64,000 nucleotides of DNA from Candidatus Omnitrophota bacterium (GTDB taxonomy: Bacteria; Omnitrophota; Gorgyraeia; JABMSB01): positions 19,370 to 83,369 of the forward strand of contig JABMSB010000028.1 of NCBI GenBank assembly GCA_013202205.1, given 5' to 3'. Position 1 is the first letter of the stretch, and each line of letters opens with the position of its first letter. Shown piece after piece: positions 40,188 through 50,337 of the stretch. A model generated the notes under the pieces. The model was not told the origin of the DNA, searched no databases, and worked only from the letters and a program-made list of their open reading frames with translations. The position numbers and the translations under genes are program-made.

Positions 40188-41168
40188 CTAATCCTTACCC
40201 CAAACCGTCACTTCCCTGCGAATCGTCAGGCCTACGTCATCTTTGGCTGCTGCAAGGGTCTTATAGAATTTCTTGATCGGCATATATCGGGTCTGCTCAC
40301 CGTCTATTCTTTCTATATAATCCCCCTCTAAAAGGCCCGCGTTATGCGCGGGGCCTCCCGTCTCAACCCCGGAGACGGTAAGACCTGATATCACATACTT
40401 GAATGAAGCGCCTACCATAAATTTTGGAAACTTGAGTATACGCGGGTTGTCCTTCGTTATGTTTATATGTCGGGAGATATCTAAGTTTATTTCACGATTT
40501 CTTGATCCGGACAGCATCTTTGCGACTTCCTCTGCCGGCATATACCTTAAGGACCTGCCCCATGCGGAGATTACTATATCCCCCTTATTGATACCGGCCT
40601 TATCTACGGGCGACCCTATCAAGACATCGACCACCATAACCCGGCCATCGCCTGTATTCTCTATCTGCATCCCTATTCTTTCGGCAACCAGTTGTTTCTC
40701 TTCCTCTGAGAGGTGCCCTCTTACATTTTTTTGCGAATCTAAAAACTCATCCCAATCGAGCAATGCCGCGCTCCCGGAAACAGATTCGAGCGCCCTGAAT
40801 TTCGCTTCTTTAAATAGAGATGCCTGCGCAAGTAGAAACCTCTCCTGGGCCTCTTTTGAGTCGGGAACCAGCTCCTTCGCCTTGGCATAATACTGTAAAG
40901 CTGTCCCGAAATCGTTATTGTCCACATACATGTCGCCGAGCATCACCAGATTCTTGTCAGGCCTATCATATACGATCCTCTCTATTCGGGCCTTAAGCAG
41001 GCTTACCTCTCCCTTAGGCGTTGACAATACAACGCGATCATAATGGTCTTCGACTACTATCCCCTTGACGGACAGGCCATTACGGAGCCGTATCTCATCA
41101 GCCGAAGACGATTCGGCCGTTATTATAAATACCGCAACGAGCAATAGGAATACGGCAAAATTTTTCAT
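40188..41168 (-). CDS. Exported TPR plus tandem PDZ protein
   Basis: Signal peptide from MKNFAVFLLL; DEIRLRNG..GIVV domain; TPR; PDZ motifs GSPVDKAGINKGD and GGPAHNAGLLEGD. Confidence 0.72.
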   Translation of the reverse strand: MKNFAVFLLLVAVFIITAESSSADEIRLRNGLSVKGIVVEDHYDRVVLSTPKGEVSLLKARIERIVYDRPDKNLVMLGDMYVDNNDFGTALQYYAKAKELVPDSKEAQERFLLAQASLFKEAKFRALESVSGSAALLDWDEFLDSQKNVRGHLSEEEKQLVAERIGMQIENTGDGRVMVVDVLIGSPVDKAGINKGDIVISAWGRSLRYMPAEEVAKMLSGSRNREINLDISRHINITKDNPRILKFPKFMVGASFKYVISGLTVSGVETGGPAHNAGLLEGDYIERIDGEQTRYMPIKKFYKTLAAAKDDVGLTIRREVTVWGKD

Positions 41169-41188
41169 ATTTCTCAATATCTCTCTTC

Positions 41189-42373
41189 TTATCTCTTCGC
41201 CTTTTCGTATGCCTTTTTGGCCTCTTCGTAGACCTCCATGAGGGCCAAACCCTTTGATCTGGCTATGCGCTTGCAATCCTCATATTCGGGCATGATCTTG
41301 GGTTTCTTTAATCCGCTGCCATCGGCAGATTTTATGTGGACCATGCCAAAAGGCGTACGCACGGATGATATCGTCCTCTTCAATTTCCTGCGCAATTGGT
41401 TGCGAGTCCTTATGCCCAACGTTGTCGTCTCTTTGAATATTATGGAGGATATCTTATCCTCTAAGTCCTTCTCAGCTAAAACGGTTAGTAGTATCGCCGG
41501 CCTCGACTTCTTCATGAGGACCGGCGTAGTATAGACATCGAGCGCTCCGGCAGCAAAGAGGCTGTCGAAAAGATATTCAAAACTGACGGGCACCATATCA
41601 TCCACGTTGGCCTCAAAGACTACTACCTCATCGGACTCATAGGAAACCTTCGTATCGCCCAGGACCGCCCTTAATAGATTAGGCCTCGATTCCAGCTGCC
41701 GCTCACCTGCGCCATAGCCTATTCTCTTAATCTCTATGGGAGGGGGCTGGGAAAAACTGTCTACGATTGTCTTTAATATTGCCGCGCCTGTAGGGGTAGT
41801 AAGTTCGTGGGGTTCATCAGAGTAGCGTACGGGAAGGCCTTTGAGCAATTCTATTGTTGCCGGGGCGGGTATAGGCATACTGCCTGCATCAGTCTCGATT
41901 AATCCCCTACCTACCGAGATCTCGCCCGAATATATCTTATCAACGCCGAGGGAAGAGACCGCTATGGCTGCGCCTGTTATATCGACTATGGAATCTGCTT
42001 CTCCTACTTCATGGAGGTGCAGGTCCCTTTTGCTCTTGCCGTGGACCTTGGCCTCTGCATCACCAATAGCTTCAAAAATATCACAGGCAAGTCTCTTCGC
42101 CTCATCTTTTATGCGGCTCGCCCTTATGCGTGATAGTATCTTCTTTAGATCTGTATGGCCACCCTTCTTCTTTCTATCCTTCTCGATAACATCGAGCTTA
42201 ATGCCGTTTATGCTCCCGCGGGATACGCTCCTCGTCCTTATATCTATACCTTTAAACCCAAGGCTCTTTATCTGAGCGCGCAACGCCCTCGCATCCACGC
42301 CCAGATCGATCAAGGCACCCAAAAACATATCCCCGCTGACACCGGAGAATGGGTCTATATGCAATATCTTCAT
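41189..42373 (-). CDS. larC: Nickel pincer cofactor nickel insertase
   Basis: SGVSGDMFLGAL, AEAKVHG..HLHEVG..DSIVDI, ELTTPTGAA, NVDDM, MKKSRP, PEYEDC. Confidence 0.93.
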   Translation of the reverse strand: MKILHIDPFSGVSGDMFLGALIDLGVDARALRAQIKSLGFKGIDIRTRSVSRGSINGIKLDVIEKDRKKKGGHTDLKKILSRIRASRIKDEAKRLACDIFEAIGDAEAKVHGKSKRDLHLHEVGEADSIVDITGAAIAVSSLGVDKIYSGEISVGRGLIETDAGSMPIPAPATIELLKGLPVRYSDEPHELTTPTGAAILKTIVDSFSQPPPIEIKRIGYGAGERQLESRPNLLRAVLGDTKVSYESDEVVVFEANVDDMVPVSFEYLFDSLFAAGALDVYTTPVLMKKSRPAILLTVLAEKDLEDKISSIIFKETTTLGIRTRNQLRRKLKRTISSVRTPFGMVHIKSADGSGLKKPKIMPEYEDCKRIARSKGLALMEVYEEAKKAYEKAKR

Positions 42374-42380
42374 ATCGCCT

Positions 42381-43157
42381 CTATCGATTGATTAAACTGG
42401 CAAAATAGCCTGCGCCAAAACCATTATCTATATTCATTACCGCAATTCCCGGAGAACACGAATTGAGCATAGTAAGGAGCGGCGCTATGCCCTTAAAACT
42501 CGCGCCATATCCGACACTGGTCGGAACGGCTATGATGGGCCGGTCTACCAAACCGCTTACTACACTCGGTAACGCCCCTTCCATTCCGGCAACTACGATA
42601 ATGACTTCGGCGCGTCTTATCACGCCGCGCTGCTTCAGCAACCTGTGTATGCCTGCTACCCCGACATCATAAAGCACGGATACCCTCTCGCCCATCATGT
42701 CGAGCGTAACCTTTGCCTCTTCCGCTACCGGTATATCACTTGTACCTGCTGTGATTATTAAGATCTCGCCTCTTCTCTTCTTTTGGCGATTCTCTTTTGG
42801 TAAGCGGTAGATAGCCCGCGCCGGCTTGTTGTACTTCAGGGATCTGTGTTTTCTGCGAAGCCGCCTGTAGATATCTTCTGAGGCGCGGGTTATAAATAAG
42901 GGGTCGCCTTTTTTTAATATCGCATCGGATATGATCTCGATCTGCCGGAGGGTCTTGCCCTCGGCATATATGACCTCCGGAAACCCGCGCCTGAGGCACC
43001 TATGGTGGTCTATCTTGGCAAACCCCACATCTTCATAGGGCAGCCTTTCGAGATACCGTAATACCTCCTGCTTGTTCAATCGTCCGGCGCATAAATCATC
43101 CACCACCCCTCCGGCCTTAACCGCAGAATGGCGAGTCCTCTTTCGTCTTTTAACCAT
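42381..43157 (-). CDS. larB: Nickel pincer cofactor carboxylase/hydrolase
   Basis: AKIDHHR..GFPEVI, AGTSDIPVAEEA, DVGVAGIHRL, AGMEGAL, PTSVGYG, NIDNGFGA. Confidence 0.94.
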   Translation of the reverse strand: MVKRRKRTRHSAVKAGGVVDDLCAGRLNKQEVLRYLERLPYEDVGFAKIDHHRCLRRGFPEVIYAEGKTLRQIEIISDAILKKGDPLFITRASEDIYRRLRRKHRSLKYNKPARAIYRLPKENRQKKRRGEILIITAGTSDIPVAEEAKVTLDMMGERVSVLYDVGVAGIHRLLKQRGVIRRAEVIIVVAGMEGALPSVVSGLVDRPIIAVPTSVGYGASFKGIAPLLTMLNSCSPGIAVMNIDNGFGAGYFASLINR

Positions 43158-43167
43158 AGACCTCTTT

Positions 43168-43518
43168 TTAAACCTTACCTACAAAAGTGACTATGAATAC
43201 CAGCAGGGCAGCTATTACAAGGGTTGAGACTATATAGAAATCGTTGAAATATAAAAAATCTTTAAGCTTCTCAAAGAAGTCGCCTGCTTCATCCACACCC
43301 GGACTGCGCCAATCCGCAAGTTTCTGCTCATCAGCCTTTGAGCTGGGTACAAGAAACCGCTGGCGCGCCAACTCAACCTGTTCCCTGCGAAAGCGCAGAA
43401 ACATGCCGCCTATCTTATATGCGGGAAACTTTCCTTCATTGACCAACTCCTCGATCTCGCCTTCGCTGATCCCCAGATAGTCAGAGACTTCTTTTAAGGT
43501 AAGTAACTTTTCATTCAT
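43168..43518 (-). CDS. HTH_17 (Xis/BldC-like) protein with C-terminal transmembrane helix
   Basis: LLTLKEVSDYLGIS..GKFPAYKIGGMFLRF; C-terminal FYIVSTLVIAALLVFIVTFV. Confidence 0.8.
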   Translation of the reverse strand: MNEKLLTLKEVSDYLGISEGEIEELVNEGKFPAYKIGGMFLRFRREQVELARQRFLVPSSKADEQKLADWRSPGVDEAGDFFEKLKDFLYFNDFYIVSTLVIAALLVFIVTFVGKV

Positions 43519-43533
43519 AGGATACCCCTTATA

Positions 43534-44079
43534 TTACCTTATCTTCTCACTGGCTACCCATTCATCGATCTTCGTCTTGTCGAAACGCCAGCCATCTTCA
43601 CGTTTTATAGCCGGTAACCTGCCTCCTGCAGCCCACTCATCGACCATCGTCCTATCGACTTCCAGGTACCTGGCTATTTCATCGGTCGTCATCCAGGAAG
43701 GAGCAGGTGCCGCCTCGCCCTTCTTTCCGGAGACCATGGAACAATGGCCCTCTAAGACAGACCCTTGCTCTACACTTAGCACCGGTGTCGTCAAGTCCCC
43801 AACGACATAAGAAGGAGAGACCAGGCTCAGGCTCTTGGTGGCCACAACATTCCCCGCGACCCTTCCCGCGATAGTTATGTTCTCACCGTTTATATCGGCG
43901 TTTACGACAGCCCTCTCGCCTATCGTCAAACTTCCCTTGGTGTCCAGGTTCCCGTCAAATTTGCCGTTTATCCTCAAATTTACAGGATCCTTAAATGTCA
44001 TGCTACCCTGCATTGTTGCATCAACATCCAATACCTTCTCCCTTGGCTCTTCCTGCACTTCTTTGTTTCTTCTACGCAT
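43534..44079 (-). CDS. Bactofilin (polymer-forming cytoskeletal) fused to C-terminal HTH_17
   Basis: LRINGKFDGNL, IGERAVVNADI, IAGRVAGNV, VVGDL, GSVLEGHCSM; then MTTDEIARYLEV..GRLPAIK..WRFDKTKIDEW. Confidence 0.85.
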   Translation of the reverse strand: MRRRNKEVQEEPREKVLDVDATMQGSMTFKDPVNLRINGKFDGNLDTKGSLTIGERAVVNADINGENITIAGRVAGNVVATKSLSLVSPSYVVGDLTTPVLSVEQGSVLEGHCSMVSGKKGEAAPAPSWMTTDEIARYLEVDRTMVDEWAAGGRLPAIKREDGWRFDKTKIDEWVASEKIR

Positions 44080-44548
44080 CACTATCACCTCCCTTTTGGC
44101 CTTCTATTCTATATAAGTTATGTTTCATCATCCACTTCTCCACATGCGAGAAGAAGACGAGCGTAACTAAGACTAAGGCCGTTACGACAACAGCGGCCGT
44201 CATAAATCCTACTCCCGTTGCCAGTCCGATAGCGGCTACCGTCCACAAACTGGCAGCCGTTGTTAAGCCTCGTACGGTCGCCTTAAATCGTATGATCGTA
44301 CCCGCCCCAAAAAAACCTATTCCCATCACAACGCCGGCGGCAATCCTTGAAGGGTCACAAGTGCCTGACTGTCCATAAACCCTGGCAACCTCAATCGATG
44401 TCATCATGATAAGCGCTGAGCTGATACATACGAGTATGTGTGTACGTAAACCAGCCGCCCTACCATGCTGCTCCCTCTCTAATCCTATAACTCCTCCTAG
44501 TATCATCGCTACTATCAAACGTAGCGCAACATCACCTAATGATAACAT
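44072..44548 (-). CDS. MgtC/SapB family membrane protein
   Basis: IGLERE..AGLRTHILV, DPSRIAAGVVMGIGFFGAG, GLTTAASLW. Confidence 0.9.
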   Translation of the reverse strand: MLSLGDVALRLIVAMILGGVIGLEREQHGRAAGLRTHILVCISSALIMMTSIEVARVYGQSGTCDPSRIAAGVVMGIGFFGAGTIIRFKATVRGLTTAASLWTVAAIGLATGVGFMTAAVVVTALVLVTLVFFSHVEKWMMKHNLYRIEGQKGGDSDA

Positions 44549-44587
44549 AATCACCTCCGCCTCTTTGGCACACTGAAGTGCGCCCTA

Positions 44588-45595
44588 CTATATCCCCATA
44601 TCCGGTATCGCGGTTATGTCGAAAGCTGACCTCACCCCTTTTTTATATAAAGCCTCACCGAAACCGGCAATCATACTGGCATTGTCAGTACACATCTCCT
44701 TAGGAGAAAGCCATAAACTGATACCTTCTGCTTCTGTGGACTCGGCTAAACCTTTGCGTAATGCGCCGTTTGCGCTGACACCTCCACCGACCATGAGACT
44801 ATCTGCGCCTTTTCTGTTGCAGGCAGCTATCGCCTTGTTTATCAGCACTTCGCATACTGCCGATTGAAAGGCGTGGCATATCTCGTTTATCTGATTCTGC
44901 CATTGGACACCGCCTCTTTTCTTGTGGTCACGCACATAGTAGAGAACTGATGTCTTTATGCCGCTAAAACTAAAATCCAAAGAATTTGGACCCAGATACG
45001 ACCTTGGAAATCGCATCTCGGCTGATTTGACCTTGGCTGCCCTCTCCTCGATTATCGGCCCTCCGGGATAACCGAGATTCATGATCTTGGCTACTTTATC
45101 AAAGGCTTCACCGGCTGCATCATCATGGGTTTGGCCAAGGATTGTATAATGATCGACCGCCTCCGCGTATATAAGGCTGGTGTGGCCTCCTGAAACCACT
45201 AATCCTACAAAAGGGAATCGAACCTTTGTTCCATTCATAAAATTGGCATAGAGGTGGGCGATGACGTGATTTACTCCTATAAGCGGCACGCTAAGGGAGA
45301 GTGCCAGTGCTTTTGCAAATGCGATACCCACAAGTAGAGACCCGGGTAGCCCGGGCCCCTGCGTTACCGATATGAGTTCTATATCTTTCAGCGCGACACC
45401 GCCTTCATCGAGCGCCTCTTTCAATACATAACTTATCGACTCTACATGTGAACGCGACGCGATCTCAGGTATGATACCGCCAAAGGCCTTATGAAATTTT
45501 ACGCTGGAAGCAATAGCGCCTGATAAAACCTCCCCTTCGTCAACAACGGATATCGCCGTCTCATCACATGATGTCTCAATGCCCAGAGTCAACAC
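44588..45595 (-). CDS. tsaD: tRNA t6A threonylcarbamoyltransferase
   Basis: LGIETSCDET, PEIASRSH, NHVIAH, VSGGHT, DDAAGEAFDK, FSFSGIKT, TDNA; GTG start behind GGGAGG. Confidence 0.95.
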   Translation of the reverse strand: MLTLGIETSCDETAISVVDEGEVLSGAIASSVKFHKAFGGIIPEIASRSHVESISYVLKEALDEGGVALKDIELISVTQGPGLPGSLLVGIAFAKALALSLSVPLIGVNHVIAHLYANFMNGTKVRFPFVGLVVSGGHTSLIYAEAVDHYTILGQTHDDAAGEAFDKVAKIMNLGYPGGPIIEERAAKVKSAEMRFPRSYLGPNSLDFSFSGIKTSVLYYVRDHKKRGGVQWQNQINEICHAFQSAVCEVLINKAIAACNRKGADSLMVGGGVSANGALRKGLAESTEAEGISLWLSPKEMCTDNASMIAGFGEALYKKGVRSAFDITAIPDMGI

Positions 45596-45628
45596 TATAC
45601 AGCCTCCCTTTTTAATCACCTGAAGGTG

Positions 45629-46981
45629 CTATGACGATATTTTCTTTTCGTAAACCTTAATGCCTTTGATAAGGTCTATCGCCCTCAAGAGCTGGCTATC
45701 GTAGACCTCTTTCTCTTCCAGCTCTATATCCTTGCCTTCTGAATCGTCTGCCTTTTCTTCATCCTCTTTTTCCGCCTTCGTATCCGATTCCCCTTCGTCC
45801 TTCTTCTTATCCTTGGGGATAGCGTATTCCTTCAGTTTTTCAAATATATTTTCACTCTTCTTATTCTCGATGGGCTTATATGACTCCTCTTCTACCACAA
45901 TATCAGGTATTATGCCCTCACCCATTATAGATCGGCCGCTGGGTGTAAAATATTTGGCTGTAGTAAGCCTCAGGGCTGAACCGTCTCCAAGCGGCATGAC
46001 GGTCTGTACCGATGCCTTGCCGAAAGACTTCTTTCCCAATATAATACCGCGGTCATTATCCTGCATTGCACCCGCTACGATTTCGGAAGCACTGGCAGAA
46101 CCTTCATTGACCAATACGATCAATGGCTGGGAAGCATATGTACCCCGCTTGTGAGCGCGAAATTCCATATTCTGGGACTTTCGTCTGCCCTTGGTATATA
46201 CTATCAGCTTGCCTTCTTCAAGAAACTTATCGGCTACCTTAGCGGCAACATCCAGCAACCCGCCGGGATTATTCCGCAAGTCGAGGATTATGCTATCCAT
46301 CCCCTCATCTTCTAAAGCTTTAAGCGCTTTGCTTAAATCCTCCGGCGTATTTTCCTGAAATTCAACAAGCTTTATATACCCTATATTACTCTCAAGAATC
46401 CGCGACTCCTTTATAGATTTTATCTCTATTATGCCGCGCGTTACCGTAATGTCGAGTATCCTTCTCTCCTTCTCGCGCAAAACCATCAACTCGACCTTTG
46501 AACCGGGCTCCCCGCGCAACTTCTTAACCGCGTCTATAAGCGTAACGTCTTTGGTCGACTCACCATCTATCTTGACTATACGATCACCTGCCTTGAGGCC
46601 TGCCTTGTCAGCCGGAGTATCGGCAATAGGCGTTATTACCGTAAGGAGGTTGTCTTTGATGGAGATCTCGATCCCTAAGCCGCCAAATTTCCCGGAGGTA
46701 TCTACCTTCATCTCCTTGTAGGTGTCGGGATCCAAGAATTGACTGTAAGGGTCTAGCGATGCGAGCATTCCGCGCAAAGCGCCATATATGATATCCTTTG
46801 ACTTGGCTTCTTCGACATATTCGCTTCTAACCAGTGACACCGCATCTGAGAAGATCTCTATCTCTTTATAAATATCATCCTTCTCAGTTTTTGGCTGTGC
46901 GCAGATACCGCTGCCTACAGTTAACCCCAATATCAACAATCCACCTATCACATATAATAGTACTCGCGATCGAATCATCAT
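45629..46981 (-). CDS. S41 carboxyl-terminal processing protease (CtpA-like)
   Basis: LDPYS, FGGLGIEI PDZ, LDLRNNPGG, SASASEI, FGKASVQ, TTAKYFTPSG. Confidence 0.93.
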   Translation of the reverse strand: MMIRSRVLLYVIGGLLILGLTVGSGICAQPKTEKDDIYKEIEIFSDAVSLVRSEYVEEAKSKDIIYGALRGMLASLDPYSQFLDPDTYKEMKVDTSGKFGGLGIEISIKDNLLTVITPIADTPADKAGLKAGDRIVKIDGESTKDVTLIDAVKKLRGEPGSKVELMVLREKERRILDITVTRGIIEIKSIKESRILESNIGYIKLVEFQENTPEDLSKALKALEDEGMDSIILDLRNNPGGLLDVAAKVADKFLEEGKLIVYTKGRRKSQNMEFRAHKRGTYASQPLIVLVNEGSASASEIVAGAMQDNDRGIILGKKSFGKASVQTVMPLGDGSALRLTTAKYFTPSGRSIMGEGIIPDIVVEEESYKPIENKKSENIFEKLKEYAIPKDKKKDEGESDTKAEKEDEEKADDSEGKDIELEEKEVYDSQLLRAIDLIKGIKVYEKKISS

Positions 46982-47004
46982 CTCCTCCTTAGTATTATAA
47001 AATG

Positions 47005-48435
47005 TCAACCTTCTAACTTTTTCCTCAATATCTCATTCACCAATTTCGGGTTGGCTTTGCCTTTTGTCTTCTGCATCACCTGGCCCACAAGATACGCTAT
47101 TGCACCCTTCTTGCCGCGACGATACTCTTCAACGACCTCTCCATTCTCTTCCATGGCCTTCCCGACAAGATCTTCCAATTGCGGCTTGTCTGAGATCTGC
47201 GTAAGCCCTTTTGCGCTTACCAGGTCTTTGGGCGCCTTGCCTTCCTGTATGGCCTCTGCCAAAATAGACTTCGCCATCTTGCCGCTTATCGATCCGTCGT
47301 CTATCATCTTCAGCATCCCAATAAAATCGGCCGGATCCATCTCGCACTGTGAGATAGACTCTAGGCCCTTCTCTTTGAGGGCAGCCGTAAAGTCCCCCAT
47401 GAGCCAATTTGCCACAACCTTAGGCTTATCATACAACTTTATGCACCCTTCAAAGTAATCTGCCATCTCCTTTTCAGAAGTTATAACGCCGGCATCATAT
47501 TCAGAGAGCCCAATCTCTTTGATGAAACGCGCCCGTTTTGCCTGTGGTAACTCAGGCAAGGCGCTCCTTACTTCTTGTATGGTCTTATCAGTGATTACGA
47601 ACGGCACGAGATCCGGTTCGGGAAAATAACGGTAGTCGTGCGCTTCTTCCTTTGAGCGCATGGAGACCGTAACTTCTTTATCGGGATCCCATAGCCTCGT
47701 CTCCTGGACTACCCTTTCAGAGTTAGACAGGAGCTCCTCCTGTCTTTGGACTTCATATGATAGGGCGCCGCGTACAGCCTTAAAGGAGTTTACATTCTTG
47801 ACCTCTGCCTTAGTGCCAAGCTCTTCGGAACCTTTTGGCTTCAATGAGATATTCGCGTCACAGCGGAGGCTCCCCTCTTCCATATTACAATCGGAGACTT
47901 CCAGGTATCTCAGTATCTCTTTAAGTGCGGTAAGGTATCTGTACGCCTCCTCGGGCGAATTGATATCGGGTTCGCTTACTATCTCAAGGAGCGGCGTCCC
48001 GCATCGGTTGAAATCGACTAAGCTGGCTTCTTTTTCATGGACCAGTTTGCCCGCATCCTCCTCCATGTGCACCCGTCTTATCCTTATGCGTTTGCGCGAT
48101 CCGTCTTCAACGTCTATCTCAAGGAGACCATCTTTAGCCAGGGGTAAATCATATTGTGATATCTGAAAATTTTTGGGCAGGTCAGGGTAAAAATAGTTCT
48201 TTCTGTCGAATTTGATGAATTTTGAAACCGTACAGCCCAGCGCCAGGGCTGACCGCAGGCTCAGGTCGAGCACCCCCTTATTAAAAACCGGCAAGACACC
48301 CGGAAACCCTAAACAGACAGGACATGTTTGGCTGTTCGGCGAATTGCCAAAGGTTGTACTGCAGCCGCAAAATATCTTAGTCTTTGTGTTGAGCTGCAGG
48401 TGAACTTCAAGCCCTATGACTATATCATATTTCAT
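47005..48435 (-). CDS. gatB: Asp/Glu-tRNA amidotransferase subunit B
   Basis: IGLEVH, RKNYFYPDLPK, HMEEDAGK, GSLRCDAN, YRYFPEPDL. Confidence 0.97.
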   Translation of the reverse strand: MKYDIVIGLEVHLQLNTKTKIFCGCSTTFGNSPNSQTCPVCLGFPGVLPVFNKGVLDLSLRSALALGCTVSKFIKFDRKNYFYPDLPKNFQISQYDLPLAKDGLLEIDVEDGSRKRIRIRRVHMEEDAGKLVHEKEASLVDFNRCGTPLLEIVSEPDINSPEEAYRYLTALKEILRYLEVSDCNMEEGSLRCDANISLKPKGSEELGTKAEVKNVNSFKAVRGALSYEVQRQEELLSNSERVVQETRLWDPDKEVTVSMRSKEEAHDYRYFPEPDLVPFVITDKTIQEVRSALPELPQAKRARFIKEIGLSEYDAGVITSEKEMADYFEGCIKLYDKPKVVANWLMGDFTAALKEKGLESISQCEMDPADFIGMLKMIDDGSISGKMAKSILAEAIQEGKAPKDLVSAKGLTQISDKPQLEDLVGKAMEENGEVVEEYRRGKKGAIAYLVGQVMQKTKGKANPKLVNEILRKKLEG

Positions 48436-48448
48436 GCTGAATTGATCC

Positions 48449-49939
48449 TCAACCTCTCTTGATCTCTGGTTTCATAAGATGCCACTCTGTTGACTGCTCA
48501 TAGGCGTATGCGGCGCGCAAGAGAGTGGCCTCTTCAAATGGTTTCCCGATTATCTGCAGGCCTATCGGCAACCCTTTTGATGTAAAACCACACGGTATTG
48601 ATATGGCCGGAATACCCGCAAGATTAGCGGATATGGTAAATATATCTGAGAGATACATATTTAGGGGATCGTCCAGCCTCTCACCAAGCTTGAATGCCGG
48701 AGTAGGTGAGGTCGGCGTTACTATGCAGTCATAATCTTTGAAGACGCGGTCAAAGTCTTCTTTTATACGGGTACGGACCTTTTGGGCCTTTAGATAGTAG
48801 GCGTCATAATAACCGCTGCTCAATGAATAGGTCCCCAATATAATACGCCTCTTTGCTTCAGCCCCGAATCCATCCCTGCGCGTAGAATTATACATCCTTA
48901 AAAGCGGCGGCGTACTATCCGTCTTGTCCTTCTCGGGAGATCGATAACCATACTGCACCCCATCAAACCTCTCAAGGTTAGAGCTGGCTTCTGCGGGCGC
49001 AACTATATAATATGTAGCAACCGCGTATTTAGTATGCGGCAGGGATATCTCTTCATACGTAGCTCCTAGATTCTTCATCTTCTTTATAGATTTCCATACA
49101 GCTTCATTGACCTCTTTATCTACACCCTTCACAAAATATTCTTTCGGAATACCTATGCGCAACCCTTTAAGATCCTTTGACAGAAAAGTGGTGTAGTCCG
49201 GGACATCTATCTCGGCAGAGGTTGAATCCTTTGGATCAAATCCCGCTATCACATTCAAGAGAAGTGCTGAATCCCTTACATCCTTGGTAAGAGGGCCTAT
49301 CTGGTCAAGGCTCGATGCAAAGGCTATAAGGCCGTAGCGGGAAACCCTGCCATAGGTAGGTTTGAACCCAACGACGCCGCAAAGAGCAGCAGGTTGTCGT
49401 ATAGAACCGCCCGTATCTGAGCCAAGGGCGCAGATAGTCTCATCAGCAGCGACCGTTGCTGCTGAACCACCGCTTGAACCGCCGGGTATCCTGTCAAGAT
49501 CCCAGGGATTGTGTGTGGGCCCATAACAAGATGTCTCGCAGGAAGAACCAAAGGCAAACTCATCCATATTCGCCTTGCCCAAAAGGAGAGCGCCTTCTCC
49601 TCGAAGCCGCTCAACAACTGTGGCATTGTACGGAGGCCGGAAACCTGCCAGGATCTTTGAACCACAGGTGGTCGGTTCACCCTCAACGCAGATATTGTCT
49701 TTTATCGTTACAGGGATACCGTAGAGCTTGCCAACAGATTTGGGCTCGGACTCAAGATCCTTTGCCCGCTCTTTAAGGCTTTTCTTATCTACAGAGACGA
49801 ATCCTTTTACCCGCTTATCTACGTCATCGATCCTCTTAAGGAGAGAATCTAAGAGCGCGGATATGGATATCTTTTTTTCACGTATTAGATTTGAAATCTG
49901 GTGGGCTGTTAATGTATATGGCTTTTTTGGGTCTTTCAC
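48449..49939 (-). CDS. gatA: Asp/Glu-tRNA amidotransferase subunit A
   Basis: [36 protein letters not shown]. Confidence 0.97.
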   Translation of the reverse strand: MKDPKKPYTLTAHQISNLIREKKISISALLDSLLKRIDDVDKRVKGFVSVDKKSLKERAKDLESEPKSVGKLYGIPVTIKDNICVEGEPTTCGSKILAGFRPPYNATVVERLRGEGALLLGKANMDEFAFGSSCETSCYGPTHNPWDLDRIPGGSSGGSAATVAADETICALGSDTGGSIRQPAALCGVVGFKPTYGRVSRYGLIAFASSLDQIGPLTKDVRDSALLLNVIAGFDPKDSTSAEIDVPDYTTFLSKDLKGLRIGIPKEYFVKGVDKEVNEAVWKSIKKMKNLGATYEEISLPHTKYAVATYYIVAPAEASSNLERFDGVQYGYRSPEKDKTDSTPPLLRMYNSTRRDGFGAEAKRRIILGTYSLSSGYYDAYYLKAQKVRTRIKEDFDRVFKDYDCIVTPTSPTPAFKLGERLDDPLNMYLSDIFTISANLAGIPAISIPCGFTSKGLPIGLQIIGKPFEEATLLRAAYAYEQSTEWHLMKPEIKRG

Positions 49940-50238
49940 TTCTCGGCCCCATCTATGACTTTTGGTACCTTGAAAAAATAACCCTCTTTGCCGGGGGCAT
50001 TCTCGAGAACCTTCTCCTGTGGCAGCGAGGGCTTAACATCGTCTTTCCTGAATACGTTTACCATAGGTAATACATGGCTTGTTGGCTGAACAGATTCTGT
50101 ATCCACCTCATCCAGCTGTTTTATGTAATCGAGTATGCTATCCAGCTGCCCTGTAAAACCTTCTATCTGGCCATCCGCGAGCTTGATACGCGCCAATGAT
50201 GCCACATATAGTACATCTTTTTTCTTTATAATGCCCAT
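49936..50238 (-). CDS. gatC: Asp/Glu-tRNA amidotransferase subunit C
   Basis: [34 protein letters not shown]; start moved to ATG 50238. Confidence 0.94.
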   Translation of the reverse strand: MGIIKKKDVLYVASLARIKLADGQIEGFTGQLDSILDYIKQLDEVDTESVQPTSHVLPMVNVFRKDDVKPSLPQEKVLENAPGKEGYFFKVPKVIDGAEK

Positions 50239-50276
50239 TTGCCTTCTCCGCCTATATTGGTTTATAAACACATATC

Positions 50277-50305
50277 ATAATAATACATGTATATATATAT
50301 GTCAA
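50277..50305 (-). promoter_or_regulatory. Sigma70-type promoter of gatCAB
   Basis: TTGACA-17 bp-TATTAT with an AT-rich upstream region. Confidence 0.7.
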
Positions 50306-50337
50306 TATAATATTATAATATCAATAATATCTTTATC

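Noticed and set aside
43168-44079. Excisionase-like HTHs as evidence of a prophage or ICE
   Set aside because: No integrase, att site or phage genes; the domains are fused to bactofilin or a TM helix in housekeeping context.
50272-50337. Very AT-rich stretch with (TA)n as foreign DNA or a contingency repeat
   Set aside because: Explained by the gatCAB promoter; the TA run lies in the spacer but there is no evidence of length variation.
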